Shown in pieces: positions 26,401 to 40,971 of a stretch of 64,000 nucleotides of DNA; position 1 is the stretch's first letter; the number at the start of each line of letters is the position of its first letter. The position numbers and the translations under genes are program-made. The stretch is taken from NCBI RefSeq assembly GCF_009914755.1, contig NC_060939.1. The stretch is one strand, 5' to 3'. The DNA is from the human T2T-CHM13v2.0 reference genome, Homo sapiens. The notes beneath the pieces are model-generated. The model made no database searches, was not told where the DNA came from, and worked only from the letters and a program-made list of their open reading frames with translations.

Positions 26401-29400
26401 AGATTCAAAACTTCTCAATCAAAAGATAGGTTCAACTCTGTGAGTTGAAAGCACACCTCACAGAGAAGTTTCTCAGAGTGCTTCTGTGTGTTTTTATGTG
26501 AAGATATTTCCTTTTCCACAATAGGCCTCAAAGCTCTCCAAATATCTGCGAGCAGAGTCTACAAAATGAGAGATTCAAAACTGCTCAATGAAAAGATAGG
26601 TTCAACTCTGTGAGTTGAATGCACACCTCCAAAGAAGTTTCTCAGAATGCTTCCGTGTAGTTTTTATGTGAAGATATTTACTTTTCCACAGTTGTCCCAA
26701 AGCTCTAAAATGTCCACTTGCAGACCCTCCAAAAGAGTGTTTCAGAATTGCTCAATCAAAGGGAAGGTTCAATTCTGTGTGACCAATGCACTCATCACAA
26801 AGAAGTTTGTCTGAATGCTTCTGTGTAGAATTGATTTGAAGATAATTCCTTTTCCACCACAGTCCGCAAAGGGCTAAAAATATCCACTTGCCGATTCCAC
26901 AAAAAGAGAGATTCAAAACTGCTCAATCACAAGATAGGTTCAACTTGGTAATTGGAAAGCACACATGACAAACAATTTCTGAGAATGTTTCTGTGTAGTT
27001 TTTAAGGGAAGATATTTGATTTTCAAATGTAGGCCTCAAATCGCTCCAAATATCCACTTGCATATTGTACAAAAAGAGAGATTCAAAACTGGTCACTCAA
27101 AAGTTAGGTCCAGCTCTGTGAGCTGAATGCACACATCACAAAGATGTTTCTCAGAAGGTTTCTGTATAGTTTTTATATGAAGATATTTGCTTTTCCACAA
27201 TATGCCTCAAATCTCCCCAATTATCCACTTGCAGATTCTAGAAAAAGAGTGTTTCAAAACAGCTCAATCAAAATAAACTTTCAACTCTGTGAGATCAATG
27301 CACACATCACAAAGAAGTTTCTCAGAATGCTTCTGTGTAGTTTTTTTTGTGAAGATATTTGATTTTCCACAGCAGGCTTCCAAGCACTCCAAATATCCAC
27401 TCGCAGATTCTGCAAAAAGAGAGATTCAAATCTGCTGAATCAAAAGATAGGTTTAACTCTGTGACTTCAATGCACACCTCACAAGGGTGTTTCTCAGAAA
27501 GCTTCTGTGTAGTTTTTATATGAAGATATCTCCTTCTCCAAAGCAGGTCTCAAAGCCCTCCAAATATTCACTTCAAGATTCTACGGAAAGATTGTCTCAA
27601 CACTGCTAAATCTAAACAAATGTTCAACTCTGTGTGATGAATGCACTCATCACAGAGAAGTTTCTCTGAATGCCTCTGTGTAGTTTTTATTTGAAGATAT
27701 TTGCTTTTCCAGTATAGGGCGAAATAGGGCTCCAAATATTCACTTGCAGATTCTACAAAAGGAGAGATTCCAAACTGCTCAATCAAAACATAGGTTCAAC
27801 ACTGTGAGTTGAATGCACACATCACAAAGAAGTTTCACAGAGTGCTTCTGGGTAGTTTTTATTTGAGGATATTTCCCTTTCCACAATAGGCCTCAAAGCT
27901 TTCCAAATATCCACTTGCAGATTCTGCAAAAAGAGAGATACAAAACTGCTCTATCAAAAGATAGATTCGACTCTGTGAGTTGAATGCCAACATCGCAAAG
28001 AAGTTTCTCAGAATGCTTCTCTGCAGCTTTTTTGTGAGTATGTTTCGTTTTCCACCATAGGGCGAAATGGGGCTCCAAATATCCACTTGCATTTCCTACA
28101 AAAAGAGAGATTCTAAGCTGCTCAATCAAAACATTGTTTCAACACGGTTAGTTGAATGCACACATCCCAAAGATGTTTTTCAGAGTGCTTCTGTGTGGTT
28201 TTTATGTGAAGATACTTCCTTTTCCACAATAGGCCTCAAATCTCTGTAAATATCCACTTGCAGACTCTACAAAGAGTGTTTCCAAACTCCTCAATCATAA
28301 GATAGGTTCAACTCCGATAGTTGAATGCACACATCACAAAGAAGTTTCTCGGAAAGCTTCTGTGTAGTTTTTGATGAAGATATCTTCTTCTCTAAAACAG
28401 AACTCCAAGCCCTCCAAATATTCACTTCAAGATTCTACGGAAAGATTGTCTCAAACTGCTAAATCAAAACAAAGGTTCAACTCTGTGTGATGAATGCATT
28501 CATCACAAAGAAGTTTCTCTGAGTGCTTCTGTGCAGTTTTTATTTGAAGATAATTGCTTTTCCAGTATAGGGCGAAATAGGGCTCCAAATATTCACTTGC
28601 AGATTCTACAGAAAGAGAGATTCCAAACTGCTCAATCAAAACATAGGTTCAACACTGTGAGTTGAATGCATACATCGCAAAGAAGTTTCACAGAGTACTT
28701 CTGGGTGGTTTTTATTTGAAGATATTTCCCTTTCCACAATAGGCCTCAAAGCTTTCCAAATGTCCACTTGCAGATTCCACCAAAAGAGTGTTTCGAAACT
28801 GCTCAATCAAAAGAAAGGTTCTACTCTGTGGGATGAATGCACACATCACAAAGTAGTTTCTCAGAATGCTTCTGTGTAGTTTTTATGTGAAGATATTTGT
28901 TTTTCCACAGTAGGCCCCAAAGAGCTCCAAATATTCACTTGCAGATTCTACAAAAAGAGTGTTCCAAAACTGCTCAATCATGAAATAGGATCAACCCTGT
29001 GAGATGAATGTACGTATGACAGAGAAGTTTCTCAGAATGCTTCTGTGTAGTTTTTATGCGAAGATATTCGACTTTCCACAGTACGCCTCAAAGTTCTCCA
29101 ATTATCCACTCGTAGATCCTGCAAAAAGAGAGATTCAAAACTGCTCAATCAAAAGATAGTTTCTACTCCATTAGCTGAAAGACCACATCACAAAAAAAGT
29201 TTCTCAGGATGCTTCTGTGTAGTTTTTATGTGAAGATATTTGGTTTTCCACAGTAGGCCTCAAAGCGCTCCAAATATCCACTCACAGATTCTGCAAAAAG
29301 AGAGATTCAAAACTGCTGAATCAAAAGACAGTTTCAACTCTGTGACTTCAGTGCACACCTCACAAGGATGTTTCTCAGAATGCTTCTGTGTAGTTTTTAT

Positions 29401-32400
29401 ATAAAGATATCTCCTTCTCCAAAATGGATCTCAAAGTTCTCCAAATATTCACTTCCAGATTCTATGGAAAGATTGTCTCAAAACTGCTCAATCAAACCAA
29501 AGGTTCAACTCTGTGAGATGAATGCCCACATCACAAAGAAGTTTCTCAGAGTACTTCTGTGTAGTTTCTATTTGAGGATAGTTCCTTTTCCACCACAGAC
29601 CAGAAAGGGCTCCAAATATCCATTGCAGATGGTACAAAAAGTGAGATTCAAAACTGCTCAATCCAAAGGTAGTTTCAACCATGTGATATGAATGCACACA
29701 GCACAGAGAATTTTCTCAAAATGCGTCTGTCTAGTTTTTATTTGAAGATATTTCCTTTTCTACCATAGGCCACAAACGTCTCCAAATATCCACATGCAGC
29801 TTCTACAAAAAGAGAGATTCAAAACTTCTCAATCAAAAGATAGGTTCAACTCTGTGAGTTGAAAGCACACCTCACAGAGAAGTTTCTCAGAGTGCTTCTG
29901 TGTGTTTTTATGTGAAGATATTTCCTTTTCCACAATAGGCCTCAAAGCTCTCCAAATATCTGCGAGCAGAGTCTACAAAATGAGAGATTCAAAACTGCTC
30001 AATGAAAAGATAGGTTCAACTCTGTGAGTTGAATGCACACCTCCAAAGAAGTTTCTCAGAATGCTTCCGTGTAGTTTTTATGTGAAGATATTTACTTTTC
30101 CACAGTTGTCCCAAAGCTCTAAAATGTCCACTTGCAGACCCTCCAAAAGAGTGTTTCAGAATTGCTCAATCAAAGGGAAGGTTCAATTCTGTGTGACCAA
30201 TGCACTCATCACAAAGAAGTTTGTCTGAATGCTTCTGTGTAGAATTGATTTGAAGATAATTCCTTTTCCACCACAGTCCGCAAAGGGCTAAAAATATCCA
30301 CTTGCCGATTCCACAAAAAGAGAGATTCAAAACTGCTCAATCACAAGATAGGTTCAACTTGGTAATTGGAAAGCACACATGACAAACAATTTCTGAGAAT
30401 GTTTCTGTGTAGTTTTTAAGGGAAGATATTTGATTTTCAAATGTAGGCCTCAAATCGCTCCAAATATCCACTTGCATATTGTACAAAAAGAGAGATTCAA
30501 AACTGGTCACTCAAAAGTTAGGTCCAGCTCTGTGAGCTGAATGCACACATCACAAAGATGTTTCTCAGAAGGTTTCTGTATAGTTTCTATATGAAGATAT
30601 TTGCTTTTCCACAATATGCCTCAAATCTCCCCAATTATCCACTTGCAGATTCTAGAAAAAGAGTGTTTCAAAACAGCTCAATCAAAATAAACTTTCAACT
30701 CTGTGAGATCAATGCACACATCACAAAGAAGTTTCTCAGAATGCTTCTGTGTAGTTTTTTTTGTGAAGATATTTGATTTTCCACAGCAGGCTTCCAAGCA
30801 CTCCAAATATCCACTCGCAGATTCTGCAAAAAGAGAGATTCAAATCTGCTGAATCAAAAGATAGGTTTAACTCTGTGACTTCAATGCACACCTCACAAGG
30901 GTGTTTCTCAGAAAGCTTCTGTGTAGTTTTTATATGAAGATATCTCCTTCTCCAAAGCAGGTCTCAAAGCCCTCCAAATATTCACTTCAAGATTCTACGG
31001 AAAGATTGTCTCAACACTGCTAAATCTAAACAAATGTTCAACTCTGTGTGATGAATGCACTCATCACACAGAAGTTTCTCTGAATGCCTCTGTGTAGTTT
31101 TTATTTGAAGATATTTGCTTTTCCAGTATAGGGCGAAATAGGGCTCCAAATATTCACTTGCAGATTCTACAAAAGGAGAGATTCCAAACTGCTCAATCAA
31201 AACATAGGTTCAACACTGTGAGTTGAATGCACACATCACAAAGAAGTTTCACAGAGTGCTTCTGGGTAGTTTTTATTTGAGGATATTTCCCTTTCCACAA
31301 TAGGCCTCAAAGCTTTCCAAATATCCACTTGCAGATTCTGCAAAAAGAGAGATACAAAACTGCTCTATCAAAAGATAGATTCGACTCTGTGAGTTGAATG
31401 CCAACATCGCAAAGAAGTTTCTCAGAATGCTTCTCTGCAGCTTTTTTGTGAGTATGTTTCGTTTTCCACCATAGGGCGAAATGGGGCTCCAAATATCCAC
31501 TTGCATTTCCTACAAAAAGAGAGATTCTAAGCTGCTCAATCAAAACATTGTTTCAACACGGTTAGTTGAATGCACACATCCCAAAGATGTTTTTCAGAGT
31601 GCTTCTGTGTGGTTTTTATGTGAAGATACTTCCTTTTCCACAATAGGCCTCAAATCTCTGTAAATATCCACTTGCAGACTCTACAAAGAGTGTTTCCAAA
31701 CTCCTCAATCATAAGATAGGTTCAACTCCGATAGTTGAATGCACACATCACAAAGAAGTTTCTCGGAAAGCTTCTGTGTAGTTTTTGATGAAGATATCTT
31801 CTTCTCTAAAACAGAACTCCAAGCCCTCCAAATATTCACTTCAAGATTCTACGGAAAGATTGTCTCAAACTGCTAAATCAAAACAAAGGTTCAACTCTGT
31901 GTGATGAATGCATTCATCACAAAGAAGTTTCTCTGAGTGCTTCTGTGCAGTTTTTATTTGAAGATAATTGCTTTTCCAGTATAGGGCGAAATAGGGCTCC
32001 AAATATTCACTTGCAGATTCTACAGAAAGAGAGATTCCAAACTGCTCAATCAAAACATAGGTTCAACACTGTGAGTTGAATGCATACATCGCAAAGAAGT
32101 TTCACAGAGTACTTCTGGGTGGTTTTTATTTGAAGATATTTCCCTTTCCACAATAGGCCTCAAAGCTTTCCAAATGTCCACTTGCAGATTCCACCAAAAG
32201 AGTGTTTCGAAACTGCTCAATCAAAAGAAAGGTTCTACTCTGTGGGATGAATGCACACATCACAAAGTAGTTTCTCAGAATGCTTCTGTGTAGTTTTTAT
32301 GTGAAGATATTTGTTTTTCCACAGTAGGCCCCAAAGAGCTCCAAATATTCACTTGCAGATTCTACAAAAAGAGTGTTCCAAAACTGCTCCATCATGAAAT

Positions 32401-35400
32401 AGGATCAACCCTGTGAGATGAATGTACGTATGACAGAGAAGTTTCTCAGAATGCTTCTGTGTAGTTTTTATGCGAAGATATTCGACTTTCCACAGTACGC
32501 CTCAAAGTTCTCCAATTATCCACTCGTAGATCCTGCAAAAAGAGAGATTCAAAACTGCTCAATCAAAAGATAGTTTCTACTCCATTAGCTGAAAGACCAC
32601 ATCACAAAAAAAGTTTCTCAGGATGCTTCTGTGTAGTTTTTATGTGAAGATATTTGGTTTTCCACAGTAGGCCTCAAAGCGCTCCAAATATCCACTCACA
32701 GATTCTGCAAAAAGAGAGATTCAAAACTGCTGAATCAAAAGACAGTTTCAACTCTGTGACTTCAGTGCACACCTCACAAGGATGTTTCTCAGAATGCTTC
32801 TGTGTAGTTTTTATATAAAGATATCTCCTTCTCCAAAATGGATCTCAAAGTTCTCCAAATATTCACTTCCAGATTCTATGGAAAGATTGTCTCAAAACTG
32901 CTCAATCAAACCAAAGGTTCAACTCTGTGAGATGAATGCCCACATCACAAAGAAGTTTCTCAGAGTACTTCTGTGTAGTTTCTATTTGAGGATAGTTCCT
33001 TTTCCACCACAGACCAGAAAGGGCTCCAAATATCCATTGCAGATGGTACAAAAAGTGAGATTCAAAACTGCTCAATCCAAAGGTAGTTTCAACCATGTGA
33101 TATGAATGCACACAGCACAGAGAATTTTCTCAAAATGCGTCTGCCTAGTTTTTATTTGAAGATATTTCCTTTTCTACCATAGGCCACAAACGTCTCCAAA
33201 TATCCACATGCAGCTTCTACAAAAAGAGAGATTCAAAACTTCTCAATCAAAAGATAGGTTCAACTCTGTGAGTTGAAAGCACACCTCACAGAGAAGTTTC
33301 TCAGAGTGCTTCTGTGTGTTTTTATGTGAAGATATTTCCTTTTCCACAATAGGCCTCAAAGCTCTCCAAATATCTGCGAGCAGAGTCTACAAAATGAGAG
33401 ATTCAAAACTGCTCAATGAAAAGATAGGTTCAACTCTGTGAGTTGAATGCACACCTCCAAAGAAGTTTCTCAGAATGCTTCCGTGTAGTTTTTATGTGAA
33501 GATATTTACTTTTCCACAGTTGTCCCAAAGCTCTAAAATGTCCACTTGCAGACCCTCCAAAAGAGTGTTTCAGAATTGCTCAATCAAAGGGAAGGTTCAA
33601 TTCTGTGTGACCAATGCACTCATCACAAAGAAGTTTGTCTGAATGCTTCTGTGTAGAATTGATTTGAAGATAATTCCTTTTCCACCACAGTCCGCAAAGG
33701 GCTAAAAATATCCACTTGCCGATTCCACAAAAAGAGAGATTCAAAACTGCTCAATCACAAGATAGGTTCAACTTGGTAATTGGAAAGCACACATGACAAA
33801 CAATTTCTGAGAATGTTTCTGTGTAGTTTTTAAGGGAAGATATTTGATTTTCAAATGTAGGCCTCAAATCGCTCCAAATATCCACTTGCATATTGTACAA
33901 AAAGAGAGATTCAAAACTGGTCACTCAAAAGTTAGGTCCAGCTCTGTGAGCTGAATGCACACATCACAAAGATGTTTCTCAGAAGGTTTCTGTATAGTTT
34001 CTATATGAAGATATTGGCTTTTCCACAATATGCCTCAAATCTCCCCAATTATCCACTTGCAGATTCTAGAAAAAGAGTGTTTCAAAACAGCTCAATCAAA
34101 ATAAACTTTCAACTCTGTGAGATCAATGCACACATCACAAAGAAGTTTCTCAGAATGCTTCTGTGTAGTTTTTTTTGTGAAGATATTTGATTTTCCACAG
34201 CAGGCTTCCAAGCACTCCAAATATCCACTCGCAGATTCTGCAAAAAGAGAGATTCAAATCTGCTGAATCAAAAGATAGGTTTAACTCTGTGACTTCAATG
34301 CACACCTCACAAGGGTGTTTCTCAGAAAGCTTCTGTGTAGTTTTTATATGAAGATATCTCCTTCTCCAAAGCAGGTCTCAAAGCCCTCCAAATATTCACT
34401 TCAAGATTCTACGGAAAGATTGTCTCAACACTGCTAAATCTAAACAAATGTTCAACTCTGTGTGATGAATGCACTCATCACAGAGAAGTTTCTCTGAATG
34501 CCTCTGTGTAGTTTTTATTTGAAGATATTTGCTTTTCCAGTATAGGGCGAAATAGGGCTCCAAATATTCACTTGCAGATTCTACAAAAGGAGAGATTCCA
34601 AACTGCTCAATCAAAACATAGGTTCAACACTGTGAGTTGAATGCACACATCACAAAGAAGTTTCACAGAGTGCTTCTGGGTAGTTTTTATTTGAGGATAT
34701 TTCCCTTTCCACAATAGGCCTCAAAGCTTTCCAAATATCCACTTGCAGATTCTGCAAAAAGAGAGATACAAAACTGCTCTATCAAAAGATAGATTCGACT
34801 CTGTGAGTTGAATGCCAACATCGCAAAGAAGTTTCTCAGAATGCTTCTCTGCAGCTTTTTTGTGAGTATGTTTCGTTTTCCACCATAGGGCGAAATGGGG
34901 CTCCAAATATCCACTTGCATTTCCTACAAAAAGAGAGATTCTAAGCTGCTCAATCAAAACATTGTTTCAACACGGTTAGTTGAATGCACACATCCCAAAG
35001 ATGTTTTTCAGAGTGCTTCTGTGTGGTTTTTATGTGAAGATACTTCCTTTTCCACAATAGGCCTCAAATCTCTGTAAATATCCACTTGCAGACTCTACAA
35101 AGAGTGTTTCCCAACTCCTCAATCATAAGATAGGTTCAACTCCGATAGTTGAATGCACACATCACAAAGAAGTTTCTCGGAAAGCTTCTGTGTAGTTTTT
35201 GATGAAGATATCTTCTTCTCTAAAACAGAACTCCAAGCCCTCCAAATATTCACTTCAAGATTCTACGGAAAGATTGTCTCAAACTGCTAAATCAAAACAA
35301 AGGTTCAACTCTGTGTGATGAATGCATTCATCACAAAGAAGTTTCTCTGAGTGCTTCTGTGCAGTTTTTATTTGAAGATAATTGCTTTTCCAGTATAGGG

Positions 35401-38400
35401 CGAAATAGGGCTCCAAATATTCACTTGCAGATTCTACAGAAAGAGAGATTCCAAACTGCTCAATCAAAACATAGGTTCAACACTGTGAGTTGAATGCATA
35501 CATCGCAAAGAAGTTTCACAGAGTACTTCTGGGTGGTTTTTATTTGAAGATATTTCCCTTTCCACAATAGGCCTCAAAGCTTTCCAAATGTCCACTTGCA
35601 GATTCCACCAAAAGAGTGTTTCGAAACTGCTCAATCAAAAGAAAGGTTCTACTCTGTGGGATGAATGCACACATCACAAAGTAGTTTCTCAGAATGCTTC
35701 TGTGTAGTTTTTATGTGAAGATATTTGTTTTTCCACAGTAGGCCCCAAAGAGCTCCAAATATTCACTTGCAGATTCTACAAAAAGAGTGTTCCAAAACTG
35801 CTCAATCATGAAATAGGATCAACCCTGTGAGATGAATGTACGTATGACAGAGAAGTTTCTCAGAATGCTTCTGTGTAGTTTTTATGCGAAGATATTCGAC
35901 TTTCCACAGTACGCCTCAAAGTTCTCCAATTATCCACTCGTAGATCCTGCAAAAAGAGAGATTCAAAACTGCTCAATCAAAAGATAGTTTCTACTCCATT
36001 AGCTGAAAGACCACATCACAAAAAAAGTTTCTCAGGATGCTTCTGTGTAGTTTTTATGTGAAGATATTTGGTTTTCCACAGTAGGCCTCAAAGCGCTCCA
36101 AATATCCACTCACAGATTCTGCAAAAAGAGAGATTCAAAACTGCTGAATCAAAAGACAGTTTCAACTCTGTGACTTCAGTGCACACCTCACAAGGATGTT
36201 TCTCAGAATGCTTCTGTGTAGTTTTTATATAAAGATATCTCCTTCTCCAAAATGGATCTCAAAGTTCTCCAAATATTCACTTCCAGATTCTATGGAAAGA
36301 TTGTCTCAAAACTGCTCAATCAAACCAAAGGTTCAACTCTGTGAGATGAATGCCCACATCACAAAGAAGTTTCTCAGAGTACTTCTGTGTAGTTTCTATT
36401 TGAGGATAGTTCCTTTTCCACCACAGACCAGAAAGGGCTCCAAATATCCATTGCAGATGGTACAAAAAGTGAGATTCAAAACTGCTCAATCCAAAGGTAG
36501 TTTCAACCATGTGATATGAATGCACACAGCACAGAGAATTTTCTCAAAATGCGTCTGTCTAGTTTTTATTTGAAGATATTTCCTTTTCTACCATAGGCCA
36601 CAAACGTCTCCAAATATCCACATGCAGCTTCTACAAAAAGAGAGATTCAAAACTTCTCAATCAAAAGATAGGTTCAACTCTGTGAGTTGAAAGCACACCT
36701 CACAGAGAAGTTTCTCAGAGTGCTTCTGTGTGTTTTTATGTGAAGATATTTCCTTTTCCACAATAGGCCTCAAAGCTCTCCAAATATCTGCGAGCAGAGT
36801 CTACAAAATGAGAGATTCAAAACTGCTCAATGAAAAGATAGGTTCAACTCTGTGAGTTGAATGCACACCTCCAAAGAAGTTTCTCAGAATGCTTCCGTGT
36901 AGTTTTTATGTGAAGATATTTACTTTTCCACAGTTGTCCCAAAGCTCTAAAATGTCCACTTGCAGACCCTCCAAAAGAGTGTTTCAGAATTGCTCAATCA
37001 AAGGGAAGGTTCAATTCTGTGTGACCAATGCACTCATCACAAAGAAGTTTGTCTGAATGCTTCTGTGTAGAATTGATTTGAAGATAATTCCTTTTCCACC
37101 ACAGTCCGCAAAGGGCTAAAAATATCCACTTGCCGATTCCACAAAAAGAGAGATTCAAAACTGCTCAATCACAAGATAGGTTCAACTTGGTAATTGGAAA
37201 GCACACATGACAAACAATTTCTGAGAATGTTTCTGTGTAGTTTTTAAGGGAAGATATTTGATTTTTAAATGTAGGCCTCAAATCGCTCCAAATATCCACT
37301 TGCATATTGTACAAAAAGAGAGATTCAAAACTGGTCACTCAAAAGTTAGGTCCAGCTCTGTGAGCTGAATGCACACATCACAAAGATGTTTCTCAGAAGG
37401 TTTCTGTATAGTTTTTATATGAAGATATTTGCTTTTCCACAATATGCCTCAAATCTCCCCAATTATCCACTTGCAGATTCTAGAAAAAGAGTGTTTCAAA
37501 ACAGCTCAATCAAAATAAACTTTCAACTCTGTGAGATCAATGCACACATCACAAAGAAGTTTCTCAGAATGCTTCTGTGTAGTTTTTTTTGTGAAGATAT
37601 TTGATTTTCCACAGCAGGCTTCCAAGCACTCCAAATATCCACTCGCAGATTCTGCAAAAAGAGAGATTCAAATCTGCTGAATCAAAAGATAGGTTTAACT
37701 CTGTGACTTCAATGCACACCTCACAAGGGTGTTTCTCAGAAAGCTTCTGTGTAGTTTTTATATGAAGATATCTCCTTCTCCAAAGCAGGTCTCAAAGCCC
37801 TCCAAATATTCACTTCAAGATTCTACGGAAAGATTGTCTCAACACTGCTAAATCTAAACAAATGTTCAACTCTGTGTGATGAATGCACTCATCACAGAGA
37901 AGTTTCTCTGAATGCCTCTGTGTAGTTTTTATTTGAAGATATTTGCTTTTCCAGTATAGGGCGAAATAGGGCTCCAAATATTCACTTGCAGATTCTACAA
38001 AAGGAGAGATTCCAAACTGCTCAATCAAAACATAGGTTCAACACTGTGAGTTGAATGCACACATCACAAAGAAGTTTCACAGAGTGCTTCTGGGTAGTTT
38101 TTATTTGAGGATATTTCCCTTTCCACAATAGGCCTCAAAGCTTTCCAAATATCCACTTGCAGATTCTGCAAAAAGAGAGATACAAAACTGCTCTATCAAA
38201 AGATAGATTCGACTCTGTGAGTTGAATGCCAACATCGCAAAGAAGTTTCTCAGAATGCTTCTCTGCAGCTTTTTTGTGAGTATGTTTCGTTTTCCACCAT
38301 AGGGCGAAATGGGGCTCCAAATATCCACTTGCATTTCCTACAAAAAGAGAGATTCTAAGCTGCTCAATCAAAACATTGTTTCAACACGGTTAGTTGAATG

Positions 38401-40971
38401 CACACATCCCAAAGATGTTTTTCAGAGTGCTTCTGTGTGGTTTTTATGTGAAGATACTTCCTTTTCCACAATAGGCCTCAAATCTCTGTAAATATCCACT
38501 TGCAGACTCTACAAAGAGTGTTTCCCAACTCCTCAATCATAAGATAGGTTCAACTCCGATAGTTGAATGCACACATCACAAAGAAGTTTCTCGGAAAGCT
38601 TCTGTGTAGTTTTTGATGAAGATATCTTCTTCTCTAAAACAGAACTCCAAGCCCTCCAAATATTCACTTCAAGATTCTACGGAAAGATTGTCTCAAACTG
38701 CTAAATCAAAACAAAGGTTCAACTCTGTGTGATGAATGCATTCATCACAAAGAAGTTTCTCTGAGTGCTTCTGTGCAGTTTTTATTTGAAGATAATTGCT
38801 TTTCCAGTATAGGGCGAAATAGGGCTCCAAATATTCACTTGCAGATTCTACAGAAAGAGAGATTCCAAACTGCTCAATCAAAACATAGGTTCAACACTGT
38901 GAGTTGAATGCATACATCGCAAAGAAGTTTCACAGAGTACTTCTGGGTGGTTTTTATTTGAAGATATTTCCCTTTCCACAATAGGCCTCAAAGCTTTCCA
39001 AATGTCCACTTGCAGATTCCACCAAAAGAGTGTTTCGAAACTGCTCAATCAAAAGAAAGGTTCTACTCTGTGGGATGAATGCACACATCACAAAGTAGTT
39101 TCTCAGAATGCTTCTGTGTAGTTTTTATGTGAAGATATTTGTTTTTCCACAGTAGGCCCCAAAGAGCTCCAAATATTCACTTGCAGATTCTACAAAAAGA
39201 GTGTTCCAAAACTGCTCAATCATGAAATAGGATCAACCCTGTGAGATGAATGTACGTATGACAGAGAAGTTTCTCAGAATGCTTCTGTGTAGTTTTTATG
39301 CGAAGATATTCGACTTTCCACAGTACGCCTCAAAGTTCTCCAATTATCCACTCGTAGATCCTGCAAAAAGAGAGATTCAAAACTGCTCAATCAAAACATA
39401 GTTTCTACTCCATTAGCTGAAAGACCACATCACAAAAAAAGTTTCTCAGGATGCTTCTGTGTAGTTTTTATGTGAAGATATTTGGTTTTCCACAGTAGGC
39501 CTCAAAGCGCTCCAAATATCCACTCACAGATTCTGCAAAAAGAGAGATTCAAAACTGCTGAATCAAAAGACAGTTTCAACTCTGTGACTTCAGTGCACAC
39601 CTCACAAGGATGTTTCTCAGAATGCTTCTGTGTAGTTTTTATATAAAGATATCTCCTTCTCCAAAATGGATCTCAAAGTTCTCCAAATATTCACTTCCAG
39701 ATTCTATGGAAAGATTGTCTCAAAACTGCTCAATCAAACCAAAGGTTCAACTCTGTGAGATGAATGCCCACATCACAAAGAAGTTTCTCAGAGTACTTCT
39801 GTGTAGTTTCTATTTGAGGATAGTTCCTTTTCCACCACAGACCAGAAAGGGCTCCAAATATCCATTGCAGATGGTACAAAAAGTGAGATTCAAAACTGCT
39901 CAATCCAAAGGTAGTTTCAACCATGTGATATGAATGCACACAGCACAGAGAATTTTCTCAAAATGCGTCTGTCTAGTTTTTATTTGAAGATATTTCCTTT
40001 TCTACCATAGGCCACAAACGTCTCCAAATATCCACATGCAGCTTCTACAAAAAGAGAGATTCAAAACTTCTCAATCAAAAGATAGGTTCAACTCTGTGAG
40101 TTGAAAGCACACCTCACAGAGAAGTTTCTCAGAGTGCTTCTGTGTGTTTTTATGTGAAGATATTTCCTTTTCCACAATAGGCCTCAAAGCTCTCCAAATA
40201 TCTGCGAGCAGAGTCTACAAAATGAGAGATTCAAAACTGCTCAATGAAAAGATAGGTTCAACTCTGTGAGTTGAATGCACACCTCCAAAGAAGTTTCTCA
40301 GAATGCTTCCGTGTAGTTTTTATGTGAAGATATTTACTTTTCCACAGTTGTCCCAAAGCTCTAAAATGTCCACTTGCAGACCCTCCAAAAGAGTGTCTCA
40401 GAATTGCTCAATCAAAGGGAAGGTTCAATTCTGTGTGACCAATGCACTCATCACAAAGAAGTTTGTCTGAATGCTTCTGTGTAGAATTGATTTGAAGATA
40501 ATTCCTTTTCCACCACAGTCCGCAAAGGGCTAAAAATATCCACTTGCCGATTCCACAAAAAGAGAGATTCAAAACTGCTCAATCACAAGATAGGTTCAAC
40601 TTGGTAATTGGAAAGCACACATGACAAACAATTTCTGAGAATGTTTCTGTGTAGTTTTTAAGGGAAGATATTTGATTTTCAAATGTAGGCCTCAAATCGC
40701 TCCAAATATCCACTTGCATATTGTACAAAAAGAGAGATTCAAAACTGGTCACTCAAAAGTTAGGTCCAGCTCTGTGAGCTGAATGCACACATCACAAAGA
40801 TGTTTCTCAGAAGGTTTCTGTATAGTTTCTATATGAAGATATTGGCTTTTCCACAATATGCCTCAAATCTCCCCAATTATCCACTTGCAGATTCTAGAAA
40901 AAGAGTGTTTCAAAACAGCTCAATCAAAATAAACTTTCAACTCTGTGAGATCAATGCACACATCACAAAGA
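20488..40971 (-). repeat. HOR copies 7-12 (canonical 3,414 bp each)
   Basis: Constant 3,414-bp spacing from 20740 to 41224 in the ORF track; SNVs only. Confidence 0.95.
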
